A program made the position numbers and the translations under genes. The notes below the pieces were generated by a model that searched no databases, was not told the origin of the DNA, and saw only the letters and a list, made by a program, of their open reading frames with translations. From Selaginella moellendorffii (taxonomy: Eukaryota; Plantae; Lycopodiophyta), in the NCBI RefSeq assembly GCF_000143415.4, contig NW_003314319.1, forward strand, positions 400,365-464,364: a DNA stretch of 64,000 nt. Direction: 5' to 3'. Of the stretch, positions 47,998 to 58,928 are shown one piece after another. Each line of letters starts with the position of its first letter. Within the stretch, counting starts at the first letter, position 1.

Positions 47998-48036
47998 TGG
48001 AGGGACCTTGCACGAATAAGTTAGTGACCCTTCCAT
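47973..48036 (+). promoter_or_regulatory. -1 ribosomal frameshift signal (G GGA AAC + predicted pseudoknot)
   Basis: The heptamer is in the correct phase in gag. A 6-nt spacer is followed by stem 1 (47986-47994/48007-48015) and stem 2 (47997-48004/48029-48036). Confidence 0.8.
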
Positions 48037-51000
48037 CTTTCTTTCGGGAGTATCATCAAGGGGTTCACTCGGCACCGGTTCATCCAGTGTTTACTTTCCA
48101 AGCTCGTTTTTATAACAAGAGGTCTCCTATTCTTCTCTCCGTGTTGGTTGATACAGGTTCGAGTTTATCTTCTATTGCTCGACCTGTTGCCACACGTTGT
48201 CGTCTACACTTGCGTCGTGCGGCAGATCCAGTTTTCATTCTTTATGGCAACGGCCGTACACATGCATGTGCACGAGATGAGGCGGACCTGGTTGTGCGTG
48301 TGGGCGATCTCGAGCTTGAGTTGCAGTCGTTGCGGGTGGTGCCGAGTCAAGCTTTTGACCTCATTCTTGGTATGGATTGGTTGCAGCACAATCATGCCAA
48401 GTGTGACTTTGAGGCTTTTCCCCCTTGTCTCATACTTCCTTATGTTTCATCCATTCCTCTCACTTCTGTACCTCTTCGTCCCTCTACTTCTACCTTTGCT
48501 TCCATTACTTTTGTTCCCCCATTATTTCCTCTTGTGTTTCCATCTTGTTCTGCTCTTCCCTTTTCCGATCCCTCCGATGATCTTTGTGTTGCAGCTGTTG
48601 ATCGGCTCATGAAGGAGTATTCTGATCTCTTTGAATTTGACCTATCGTCTGGGGCCAAGATTGCCACACGTCATCCCATTCCAACCGGGGATGCTCGTCC
48701 AATCAAGGTTCCTGTTCGTCGTCGGTCACCCAAGGAGATCAAGATTTTACGTGCAAACGTTAAGGAGATGTTGGAGAAGGGTGTTATTCGGAAGTCGCGG
48801 AGTCCTTGGGCATGTGAACCTCATCTTGTGACGAAGCCTGATGGGAGTATTCGTTTCTGCATCGACTATCGTCCGTTAAATGAAGTGACGATCCCGGACG
48901 TGTACCCTCTTCCTCACACTGCTGATCTCTTGGATCGTCTGGGGCGAAGTCGTTGGTTCACCAAGCTAGATCTTGCTTCTGGGTATTGGCAAGTACCGAT
49001 GGCTGAAGACGATATTCCTAAGACTGCTTTTCGTACACCATTTGGTTTGTACGAGTTTTTGGTGATGCCGTTTGGTTTGAACAATGCTCCAGCAACTTTT
49101 CAGCGAATGATGGACGAGGTTCTTTGCGATATGCCAGAGGTGACGGCTGACTTCATTGATGATGTCTTGATCCACTCGGAGGGGACGTGGGAGGAGCATG
49201 TTCGTGATGTTTGTAAAGTGTTGGATCGGCTACGCGACGTTGGTTTAAAGCTGAAGCGGTCGAAGTGCGTGTTTGGGTCCAAGGACACAACTTATCTTGG
49301 GTACCGTATTTCTCGTGAGGGTTTGCAAGTTGATCCTGACAAACTTGTGGCTGTTCTAAAGTTCCCTACTCCGAAGTGTGTGAATGATGTGCAGCGCTTT
49401 TTGGGTAAGGTGCAGTATCTCGGTCGTTTTGTGGATCATCTTTCCGATCGCACTTTACCATTGCGAGCGTTGCTGAAGTCATCAACGTCATCTTTCATCT
49501 GGTCTCCCGATTGTGAGCGGGCATTCGTGAATCTCAAAGAGCTATTGACGACTCCTCCGGTTTTGGCATATCCTGACTACACTCGACCTTTTATTTTGCG
49601 CGTGGATGCTTCTGACATTGGTCTTGGAGGTGTGTTGATGCAAGAGAGCTCGAGTGTGCCTGGTCAGCGCCATCCCATTGCATACATAAGCCGTACATTA
49701 CAACCAGCAGAGATGAACTACTCCACGACGGAGAAGGAGTGTTTAGCAGCAGTCTGGGGTTTCGAGAAACTTCATGCCTATCTACATGGTTCTCGGACGT
49801 TACTTGAAGGTGACCATGCTGCTGTTACTTCATTATTGAAGCGGAAGAACCTGGTTGGTCGTACGGCTCGATGGGCTTTGAAGCTTCAGATATATGATTT
49901 CGATGTTGTTCATCGCCCAGGGAGTTCTATGGCTGATGCTGATGCCCTTTCTCGAGCTCCTCTTCCTTCTCCACTCACTTCTCATGTTTCTGATGAACCT
50001 GTTGTTCTAGCATCTGTGGATTTTCTAGATGAGGATTCTGTGCCGTCGGCGGTTGCTGTCCTTGACGTTCAGTGTCCACAGGGCGTAGAGCAAGATCTAC
50101 CTTCTCTGGATGAGGTTCGCGAGGCTCAAAAGATTGAGCCGTGGATTCGAAGGCTTCGAGATGGGTTTGAGAATCCTGCATCACTTGCTGATGACTTGCC
50201 TTTTCGGCATTTACATTCTCAATATCGCCTTGAAGATGGCCTTCTTTATTTTGTGGGGACGGATCCTGATGCTCATTTACGGCTGGTGGTGCCTTCGGTG
50301 TTTATTCCGCGGTTTCTCCATGCCTACCATGATTCTCCTATTCTAGGTGGGCATATGGGACACCGTCGTGTCACCGAGAAGTTGCGCAGATCTTTCTATT
50401 GGCCAGAGATGCGACGTGATATTATCCGGTATGTGCGTAGCTGCGTTTGGTGCCAAGCTCGTAATACTCCCCCTTGTGCTGCGGAAGGACGGTTGGAGTC
50501 AATTGCAGTTTCTCGTCCGTTTGAGTTGGTGGCGTTTGATCTTATGGGACCTTTTCCGCGATCGACTGCTGGCAATGAGTATGTTATTATTGCTTCTGAC
50601 TACTTGACTCGTTGGGTGGAAGTTGGTGCTCTTGCTAGTGCCTCTGCAACTGCTGTTGGATACTTCCTCCTCAATCGAGTGGTGTTCCAGCATTCTTGTC
50701 CAGAACGGATTCTTTCGGATAATGGTCCTACATTTATGGCTGAGGTATTTCATGTTTTGACATCTCGGTTGGGGATACGCCACACTTTTACGAGTGCTTA
50801 TCATCCACAATCAGACGGTCTGGTGGAACGGCTTGTTCGGACATTCAAAGGGATGATTGCGAAGTATGTGAACTTTCAACATTCGGATTGGGATGGTTAT
50901 TTGCCGTCTCTTCGGTATGCTTATGTCACAGGGGTGCAGAGTTCTGTTGGTGCTTCACCATATAAACTTCTATATGGTCATGATCCAATATTACCAACAG

Positions 51001-51461
51001 AGCTAGGTTTACCTTCGCGATTGCCACGAGCTCCTGATGCTAGGTCATGGGATCAATATTTGACAAGCATTCTTCCACTTGTCCGAGCAGAGTCTACTGA
51101 ACACTTAGGCCGCATACAAGTGGGACAACAACGGCGCTACAATTCCCATCATCGTCCACCAGCGGAGCACAAAGTGGATGATTTGGTGTTAGTCCGTTTT
51201 CCCCATCTTACGGTGCGTGGTTTATCTAAGGGGCTCCTTGCGCAGTGGAAAGGACCGTATCGGGTGTTGCGGCAAGTTGGACCACAAGTTTATGAGGTTC
51301 GGCATGACGTTCAGCAGGCTGATCCTCCGGAGATTGTGCATGTGCAGCGGTTAAAACGCTTCATACAGAGGGATCAGGAGCAGTTAATACCGTCTACAGA
51401 TCCACCGATGCCTCCTCCTGACGTTCCTCCAGATCCCGGCCCATCTACAAGAGAACCCTGA
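47973..51461 (+). CDS. pol: Pol (protease-RT-RNaseH-integrase), in the -1 frame relative to gag
   Basis: VLVDTGSS; LDLASGYWQV, MPFGL.NAP.TFQ and FIDDVLI; VDAS and NYSTTEKE; integrase HHCC, FDLMGP, SDNG, DGLVER and GPY. Uninterrupted, with no chromodomain. Confidence 0.95.
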   Translation, partial: GKRGVARVMEGPCTNKLVTLPSFFREYHQGVHSAPVHPVFTFQARFYNKRSPILLSVLVDTGSSLSSIARPVATRCRLHLRRAADPVFILYGNGRTHACARDEADLVVRVGDLELELQSLRVVPSQAFDLILGMDWLQHNHAKCDFEAFPPCLILPYVSSIPLTSVPLRPSTSTFASITFVPPLFPLVFPSCSALPFSDPSDDLCVAAVDRLMKEYSDLFEFDLSSGAKIATRHPIPTGDARPIKVPVRRRSPKEIKILRANVKEMLEKGVIRKSRSPWACEPHLVTKPDGSIRFCIDYRPLNEVTIPDVYPLPHTADLLDRLGRSRWFTKLDLASGYWQVPMAEDDIPKTAFRTPFGLYEFLVMPFGLNNAPATFQRMMDEVLCDMPEVTADFIDDVLIHSEGTWEEHVRDVCKVLDRLRDVGLKLKRSKCVFGSKDTTYLGYRISREGLQVDPDKLVAVLKFPTPKCVNDVQRFLGKVQYLGRFVDHLSDRTLPLRALLKSSTSSFIWSPDCERAFVNLKELLTTPPVLAYPDYTRPFILRVDASDIGLGGVLMQESSSVPGQRHPIAYISRTLQPAEMNYSTTEKECLAAVWGFEKLHAYLHGSRTLLEGDHAAVTSLLKRKNLVGRTARWALKLQIYDFDVVHRPGSSMADADALSRAPLPSPLTSHVSDEPVVLASVDFLDEDSVPSAVAVLDVQCPQGVEQDLPSLDEVREAQKIEPWIRRLRDGFENPASLADDLPFRHLHSQYRLEDGLLYFVGTDPDAHLRLVVPSVFIPRFLHAYHDSPILGGHMGHRRVTEKLRRSFYWPEMRRDIIRYVRSCVWCQARNTPPCAAEGRLESIAVSRPFELVAFDLMGPFPRSTAGNEYVIIASDYLTRWVEVGALASASATAVGYFLLNRVVFQHSCPERILSDNGPTFMAEVFHVLTSRLGIRHTFTSAYHPQSDGLVERLVRTFKGMIAKYVNFQHSDWDGYLPSLRYAYVTGVQSSVGASPYKLLYGHDPILPTELGLPSRLPRAPDARSWDQYLTSILPLVRAESTEHLGRIQVGQQRRYNSHHRPPAEHKVDDLVLVRFPHLTVRGLSKGLLAQWKGPYRVLRQVGPQVYEVRHDVQQADPPEIVHVQRLKRFIQRDQEQLIPSTDPPMPPPDVPPDPGPSTREP

Positions 51462-52016
51462 CGGCCTTCCATTATTCCGAGAGGAGGGGATGATGTGAGG
51501 GCCAAGTGTACGGCTACGATGCCGTATACTAATATTAGCGTAGTGGATTTTGGTAGCCGTCGGATTGGTTTCAATCCGGACCACTCGCTCCTGTATATAA
51601 GCTAAGGTTTTTGGGTTAATTGATATGCACATTTCTGTATTCCCTTTCCATATTCCATGCACTCACAGTTATATTATGATAATTTAATATCAATTCATTT
51701 AATATTTTAAACAAACTTATACTTTAAGCTTTTCTGTTAATATTTTCATTTTGAAATGTTTTAAAATGACTTTTTCAACTTTGAAATATATAATTTGACA
51801 TTTAACCTCGTTTCTTTTATATAAACTTCTTCCTATCATAGACAATCACAAAGTAATTATTATATTAACTTATTATGAGGTATTTAATTATAATTTAACT
51901 TACATATCTAACTAAAATATTTTTATAGTTACAATAAACTTGAAACTAATATAGTTTAAAATATCTAATCATTCATTTTTGTTTTAAAGACAGCTAATAT
52001 ATGACAAATTAATTCT

Positions 52017-52144
52017 ATGAGTGCTCAAGATGATGGGAATAAATATATTAATTAGGGTTTAAACCTCTACTTATATACATAAATAGATGGACCAGATTTG
52101 GAAGTTCTTTACATTATAGTACTATAATTAAAGTATTACTTAGG

Positions 52145-52177
<33 letters not shown>

Positions 52178-53240
52178 AACTTTACACTATCCTCCTTTCC
52201 AGAAAATGAAAAGATGATAATAATAAGTTAAATGAAATATTTGAAGGTTTTGTTACATGATTATAAACTACTATAACTTAAAACTCTTATGGAATCACTA
52301 ATATTATTATTGATAACTATGAGTGAAACAAAATTCAAAGTTATAGCACAAGTATTAGTCGACTAAGACTACTAATGTACTAGTTGCAACTCTATATGGT
52401 CCAAAACTTTCAAATCTGGTCCATCTATTCATGTATATAAGTAGGGGTTTTAACCCCAATTAATATATTTATTCCCATATCTTAAGTACTCATAGAACTA
52501 ATTTATCACATTTTAAAATTGGCTGCCAAAACAAAAATTAATTATTAGATGTTTTAAACTATATTAATTTCAATTTTATTAGTAATTATAGTGTTTAGGG
52601 TGCCACTACTAACCTTGAAGCCTAACACTAAATTAAAGGAAAGGACTTTAATAAGTCATTGCAATCTACAAAATGCTATTATAGCAAATAATACATCCCA
52701 CTTTTAACAACTCTATTAACTTAAACTCATAATCATTTACTTTCCTTGGGTTAGCATTTAAGACTTGTATTAACTCAGATTTATCACTTTCATCTTCATC
52801 TAACACCACATATAGGGTGTTAGACTCACTCCATTTATTTTTTACATCCTTTTTATACATTTTTCAAAGGAAAAAGAAGTTTTGAAACATTTGATTTGTT
52901 ATGCTAATTTTTATTTTACTATTTATATTCAACCTCACTCCATTATTACATTTATTTAGTTGGGTTCATACTCATTCCACTACCATATCCACTCATTCTC
53001 ACTCTAGTATTAAGACTAGACTCCCATCCATCCTTTATACCCCCTCCTCCCAACAAAAAAGTGTTTAAAGCATTAACACAAAAAAGGAGAAAATGAGAAA
53101 AGTTGAGGAAGAAATATTATGGAAGAAGAAAAAATGGATAAATAAGCATTACCAACTATTAAAGTGGAAATAAATAAGGAAATGTGGTTAAAGCTCAAAG
53201 AATAGAAGAACTTTTATAATAAAACACTTTAACCACCATA
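52017..53240 (-). mobile_element. Rearranged minus-strand fragments of the 24066-27487 LTR family
   Basis: LTR at ~52017-52187. 52190-52390 matches ~26130-26350, and ~52790-53240 matches ~25370-25890 (both as reverse complements). A further plus-strand LTR part lies at ~52410-52494. Confidence 0.75.
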
Positions 53241-53558
53241 AGATAAATATAAATATATGCTCAAGATATAGAAATAATTATATTGATTGGGATTTATACC
53301 CTTATTTATGTACGGAGCAGATTTAATCCCGAATAAACAATTCATATGCTATATTATTAATATGTACAATTCATGTTTTAAAAACATTTTTAAAATTTCA
53401 ACTTTGAGGCAATGGGTGGCACTGCTTTCTGCGATTCGTCAAGGTATTTCACTGTGATCAATCTATGACGTGTCCATGACCTTTAAAAAGAGCGCGTGCC
53501 AGGCAACAACACACTAATCTCATTAGGTCATCTTCACTAGCATACCACCACCACCGAC

Positions 53559-55043
53559 ATGGAGCTGGTCCGGATGATCCACGATCAGACGAGCTTCACG
53601 CTCGATCTCTACAAGCAGGTATGGCAGCAGCAGCAGCAGGAATCCAAGCCACAGGGCAGCAGCACCGATCGAGAGGAGCAGCACAACGAGAAGAATGTGG
53701 TGCTGTCTCCGCTTAGCATTGCCATGGCCATGGCGATGGCGGCCGCGGGAGCAAAGGGCCAGACGCTGGAGCAGCTCACCTCCGTGGTCAGGCTGCCAAA
53801 CGGGTCTCTCATGCACGATTTCGCGCAGCAGCTCAATTCGGTGCTGCTGGGCGTGGCGCGATCGGATCCCCGCGCGCCGGAGCTCAGCCTCGCCAATGGA
53901 GTCTGGGTGGAGCAGAGCTTGAAGCTCCGCGGCGAGTACAAGGAGATCATCGAGAAGAACTATGGAGCTTCTGCCAGGCCCGTGGATTTCAAGAACAAGG
54001 TAAAGTTTGCTCTTCACTTTCTCTCTTCTTTGATTGGAGCGACTGTTTTGCTTTTTCTCAAGTGCTCATGGTTTTCTCTCTTCACTGCTTGATGGTCGAT
54101 AGATTGTATTTTTCTTTGGGCGATCGTGATTTTTCTTCTTTGATCGATGTGATCGATGTGATTCATGAATCGTCTTTCCTTCGAGCTTGGGCGATCATGA
54201 ATTGCTTTGTTTCTTTGAGTTCTTGGATAGTTCTCACATAGCGAACTGAGATGCCAGGCACAAGAATCCCGCGGTCTCGTCAACTCGTGGGTGGCGGAGG
54301 CAACCAAGAAGAAGATCGAGGAGCTCCTCCCCGAGGGCTCGGTGGATCCCCAAACCCGCCTCATCCTCGCCAGCGCGATCTACTTCAAGGGCGCCTGGCA
54401 GAAGCAGCTGGATCCATCGCAAACCCGCGACGGGATCTTCCACCTCCCCAGCGGCAAGACCAAGCAAGTCCCCATGATGCGCAGCAGCAAGAAGCACTTT
54501 ATCAAGAACCACGGCTCCTTCAAGGTCCTCCGCCTCCCCTACCAGCGCGGCGACGACCCACGCAGCTTTTCCATGTACGTTCTCCTCCCGGCCGAGCTCC
54601 AGGGCCTGCCGGCGCTCGTCAGCAGCCTCCACGACGCCGAATCCATGGGAAACGCGCTCGCGGGCATCCACGAGGTGGAAGTGGGCGATTTCCAGCTCCC
54701 GAAGTTCAAGATCTCGCTGGTGGTCCAGGCGCCGGCGCTGCTCAAGCGGATGGGCTTGGACCTCGCATTCTCGCCGCCGCACGCCGACTTCTCGGGCATG
54801 GTGGAAGGCTCTCCGGGGGACGATCTCTTCATCTCGGACGTTTTCCACAAGGCGTTTGTGGAGGTGAACGAGGAGGGGACCGAGGCCGCCGCCGCCAGCG
54901 CCGCGGTGGTGACACTCCGGGCTTTGAATGTGCAGATGGAGCCCGAAGACTTCGTGGCGGATCATCCGTTTATGTTTTTGGTGAGAGAGGATGCCACTGG
55001 GGTGGTGCTCTTCGTCGGACACGTAAACGATCCAAGTGTTTGA
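53559..55043 (+). CDS. Serpin, LR-type (2 exons: 53559-53999, 54258-55043)
   Basis: NVVLSPLSI, AIYFKGAW and LPKFKI; hinge EEGTEAAAASA with reactive loop VTLR-AL; signature FVADHPFMFLVRE. Confidence 0.96.
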
Positions 55044-55110
55044 GTACAGCTACGCTAGTACTAGATCTATAGTATTTTTTTGTTTGACTTTCTAAAACAA
55101 AAGTTAGCGC

Positions 55111-55855
55111 ATGGTTTTCTGTCCAGGCCAGAGGATCTGATTAACAAGGTTGCGCTTGACGTGCCACCTTGCGGTTCACGGTGAATCAAATGATTTTCAA
55201 ATGGAAATACCAGAGGAACACTACTGCTAATTTCTTGCAAAGATCACGTTGAGAAACCTGAGAAGATTGTCACGGACAACAAGCTAAGCGGAGAAACACC
55301 TGGTAAGATTGGGAGCTTGGCCATTCCCTCGCAACGTTTCTCGGCTTGTCCACCTACGTCCAAGACAACAATCTGAGCGGTGAAATCCCTGTGGAGCTTG
55401 CCAGGCTTCCAAGCTTGTTCAAAACGTGTGTGGCTCTTCCAAAACAGCTTCGATGGCGAGATCCCGAAAAGAGTTTGGCCTCCACTCCGAGCTCGAGGAG
55501 TCCGACGGAGCGCTCAATCGCCTCGACGACGGACCGCTGCCGCCAAACATCTACCATAGAGACACTCTCAAGTTACCTGAGGGCGATCCAAGCTCCTTGT
55601 GTACGTCAAGCCTGCGTGATTTCGAGATCTCTGGTAACCGGTTCCAAAGCAGCGTTCCAGCGATGGTCTTTCTGACTCTCTCTAGCAACCGGCTCAGTGG
55701 CGAGCTCCTTGCAGGACTTGGAAGCTTGCCAATTCTCGGGCTCCATTCGGCCCAGCTACTTTTACCATAGTGGTCATGCTCGATCTCTCGAGGAAAAACT
55801 TAAGTGGCAATGTCGATCACCAGCAACAGCCATCTTGTGTTCCTAGATCTGAGCC
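55111..55855 (+). pseudogene. Deletion-riddled tandem copy of the LRR-RLP gene and its upstream region
   Basis: Colinear match to ~56260-58032 (e.g. NNLSGEIPVELARLPSL), compressed to ~745 bp by deletions. Confidence 0.9.
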
Positions 55856-56639
55856 ATATAAATAATACTGCCTAGGAGCAAAGAACTGTTAACCATGCAC
55901 AATTACAAGCTCGGCTGAGTGGAAAACAATCTATAATGTGTTCATAAAGAGCACATAAACAGTGCATAATAATCCTACACAATGTGATAAATTATAAACT
56001 TCCAATTGCTCAAAATGATAAGAGTTGAGTCGCAAATTATTTTTACTTTCAAATCAAGTTGGTGAGAATCCGAGGTAGGTGCAATAGATAGGTCCATGCT
56101 CCCACAAGTCGCATACATTAAGATCAAGCAGATAAAATGGTAGTTCACAAGGCTAGCTCATCCTTTCCGACAAGGGAGTGTTTAAGATGGTGATTTGCGT
56201 CGGCTGGAATCCAATAATGCAGAGAAAACAGTGGTTGCTGCTCAAAACATCTGGAGACAATGGTTTCTGTCCAGGCCAATTTCTCGCCGCTAGAGGATCT
56301 GATTAACAAGACTCACGAAGATGGTCGTATTGCCAAAGCGGCGCTTGACCTGCCACCTTACTCGGCTATCCAGGAAAACAAATCCTTGCATGAAGTGGTT
56401 GACGATGAATTTCAATGGCAATAACAGTTCCTTTGACGGGGCCAAAGGAACACTTTTCATATTTACTTCACTTCTTCTTCTTCGCCAAGGTCCACTCTCT
56501 TCTTTAAAGCTGTAGCAGAACGAAGCTTTCCAAGGATCTCCTCCAACTCGTTTCAACGAATCGCTGATAGAAGAAAAATTCTATTTTGTTCATCGTTGTC
56601 TTAGAATTTAACTTCTTGCGAGCCAGGGGCGTCTCAAAG

Positions 56640-58928
56640 ATGAACGCGGCAATATGGTTTTCGCTGCTCCTCTTTTTCTTGGCGACACTGCTTCCATCGC
56701 CAGTCTCTGCGCTCTTACAGGACGAGGTTGCGGTTCTTTTGCAGTTTCGATCCAATCTGGAGAGCAACACGACCTGGATCTTAAGCGACTGGAGCACCAG
56801 CCGAGATCCAAATCCATGCGTCTGGATTGGAGTGGCGTGCGACAGCTCCAGTTCCTCGGTTCAAGGACTGAATCTCTCCGGTATGAGCTTGCGCGGACAG
56901 CTTTATCCCAAGCTTTGCATGCTTCCAAACTTGGAGAGCATCGACCTGTCGAACAATAGCTTCAGTGGAGGCTTTCCAAGAGAGTTTCTGGGATCGTGCA
57001 ACAAGCTCAGGTACCTCAACTTGAGCTCCAATCTTTTCTCGGGGCAGCTCCCAGCCGCTGGCTTTGGAAATCTTAGTCGGTTGTCGAAGCTTGACCTCTC
57101 AAACAATGAGCTCCAAGGGGGAATCCCGCAGGACGTGATGACCCTGCCGAGTTTACAGGAACTGGACCTCTCCGGCAACAACCTGACCGGCACAATTCCC
57201 GTGAACATCACGTCGAAAAACCTGAGAAGATTGTCACTGGCGAACAACAAGCTGCGTGGAGAAATACCTGGTGAGATTTGGAGCTTTGCCATGCTGCGTG
57301 AGCTCCTCCTCTGGAAAAACTCCCTCACTGGACCCATTCCTCGCAACGTTTCTCGGCTCGTTCATCTGGAAGGAATCTACGTCCAAGCCAACAATCTGAG
57401 CGGCGAAATCCCTGTGGAGCTGGCCAGGCTTCCAAGCTTGAAACGTGTGTGGCTCTTCCAAAACAGCTTTGTTGGCGAGATCCCGCAAGAGTTTGGCCTC
57501 CACTCTGAGCTCGAGGAGTTCGACGTAGCGCTCAATCGCCTCACCGGACCGCTGCCGCCAAACGTCTGCCGTAGAGACACTCTCAAGTTCTTCAGCGTCA
57601 ATGTAAACCAGATATCCGGCAGCATTCCTCCCTCCTTCTCCAACTGTACGCGACTGGAGATCTTCTACGCCTCTAGTAACCAGCTCGAGGGGCAACTTCC
57701 AAGCTCCTTGTTTACGTCAAGCCTCCGCGATTTCGACATCTCTGGTAACCGGTTCCAAGGCAGCCTTCCAGCGAGCATCAACAGCGCCACCTCCCTCGTC
57801 TTTCTGACTCTCTCTGGAAACTGGCTCAGCGGCGAGCTCCCTGCCGGAGTTGGAAGCTTGCCAAGCTTGTTGGCCATCTCGGCTGGTAGTAACAACTTCT
57901 CGGGCTCCATTCCACCAAGCTACTTCATCACAGTGGTTATGCTTGATCTCTCCAAGAACAACTTAAGTGGCAATGTCGATCTTGGCATGATCACCACCAG
58001 CACCAGCCATCTCGTGTTCCTGGATCTGAGCCGGAACCATCTCACGGGGACTTTGCCGGCTCCACTGTGTGGCTTTCTCAACATGCACGTACTCAGCCTC
58101 GCCTGGAACCATCTCCAAGGCTCCATTCCACAGTGCTTCGGAAATTTGTCCTCGCTGCAAATCCTCGACCTCTCGCACAACAACTTGCAAGGATCGCTTC
58201 CCGAAAGGCTGGAGGGTCTGCGCGGCCTACAAGACGTCTCGAGCCAGGGAAACAGGCTCACTGTGATCTTCTTTCCCAGAATCCTGGACTGGAAGGAAAT
58301 CTTCACCCAGTGGATCCAACACTTCGGCAACAGCGTGTATTTTGACTGGAGGCAGGCCTTCGAGAGCAGCCGAGAGTTTTTCCAGCAGATGGAGGGCTAT
58401 TCCATTCTCCTCAATTGGAAAGGAACGTTCCGGATTGTTGGTGACATCTACTCCTCCACCACCTCCATAGATGTCTCCTCCAACAATCTCACTGGCACCA
58501 TTCCCTCGGAGCTTGGAAAGCTCGCCGGCCTCAGGAACTTGAACCTATCCTTCAATAGATTCAGCGGTAGCATCCCTGGCGAGCTTGGTCAGCTCCAAAA
58601 CCTGGAATCTCTGGACCTCTCGAGCAACCGCCTCCAAGGAGAGATTCCCTGGTCGCTCACCCAGCTAGGATTCCTGGGGGGCTTCAATGCCAGCGGGAAC
58701 CATCTGCAAGGACGCATTCCAGGCGGGAATGGATTTAACACCAGATTTGACCCTTCCAGTTTCGGATCAAACAACAACCTTTGTGGATACCCCTTGATCA
58801 ATCGTTGCCGGCAGGAGGATGGCGGTGGCGCAATGCCGGCGCCTCGAGAAGATGAGAAATTCTCGCGCCGCGTATTCGCCATTGCTACTGTTGCCAGCTT
58901 CATACCCGCATTCTACCTGGCTTTATAA
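56640..58928 (+). CDS. LRR receptor-like protein (signal peptide, LRRNT, ~20 LRRs, island domain, 4 C-terminal LRRs, TM)
   Basis: MNAAIWFSLLLFFL signal, W...PC.W.GV.C cap, plant LxxLxLSxNxLxGxIP repeats, non-LRR island, SFGSNNNLCGYPL cap and terminal hydrophobic helix. No kinase domain. Confidence 0.95.
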   Translation: MNAAIWFSLLLFFLATLLPSPVSALLQDEVAVLLQFRSNLESNTTWILSDWSTSRDPNPCVWIGVACDSSSSSVQGLNLSGMSLRGQLYPKLCMLPNLESIDLSNNSFSGGFPREFLGSCNKLRYLNLSSNLFSGQLPAAGFGNLSRLSKLDLSNNELQGGIPQDVMTLPSLQELDLSGNNLTGTIPVNITSKNLRRLSLANNKLRGEIPGEIWSFAMLRELLLWKNSLTGPIPRNVSRLVHLEGIYVQANNLSGEIPVELARLPSLKRVWLFQNSFVGEIPQEFGLHSELEEFDVALNRLTGPLPPNVCRRDTLKFFSVNVNQISGSIPPSFSNCTRLEIFYASSNQLEGQLPSSLFTSSLRDFDISGNRFQGSLPASINSATSLVFLTLSGNWLSGELPAGVGSLPSLLAISAGSNNFSGSIPPSYFITVVMLDLSKNNLSGNVDLGMITTSTSHLVFLDLSRNHLTGTLPAPLCGFLNMHVLSLAWNHLQGSIPQCFGNLSSLQILDLSHNNLQGSLPERLEGLRGLQDVSSQGNRLTVIFFPRILDWKEIFTQWIQHFGNSVYFDWRQAFESSREFFQQMEGYSILLNWKGTFRIVGDIYSSTTSIDVSSNNLTGTIPSELGKLAGLRNLNLSFNRFSGSIPGELGQLQNLESLDLSSNRLQGEIPWSLTQLGFLGGFNASGNHLQGRIPGGNGFNTRFDPSSFGSNNNLCGYPLINRCRQEDGGGAMPAPREDEKFSRRVFAIATVASFIPAFYLAL

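Larger units (their letters stand above)
46658..51667 (+). mobile_element. Intact Ty3/gypsy LTR retrotransposon (non-chromovirus), 5010 bp
   Basis: LTRs at 46658-46831 and 51494-51667 (174 bp, 2 mismatches), PBS TGGTGGAGGTGAGGGG (tRNA-Ala-like), PPT GAGAGGAGGGGA, and 4-bp TSD GTTA. Confidence 0.98.

Noticed and set aside
55046-55056. GTACAGCTACG, identical to 11 nt of the gypsy 5' LTR
   Set aside because: Too short, and the flanks do not align.
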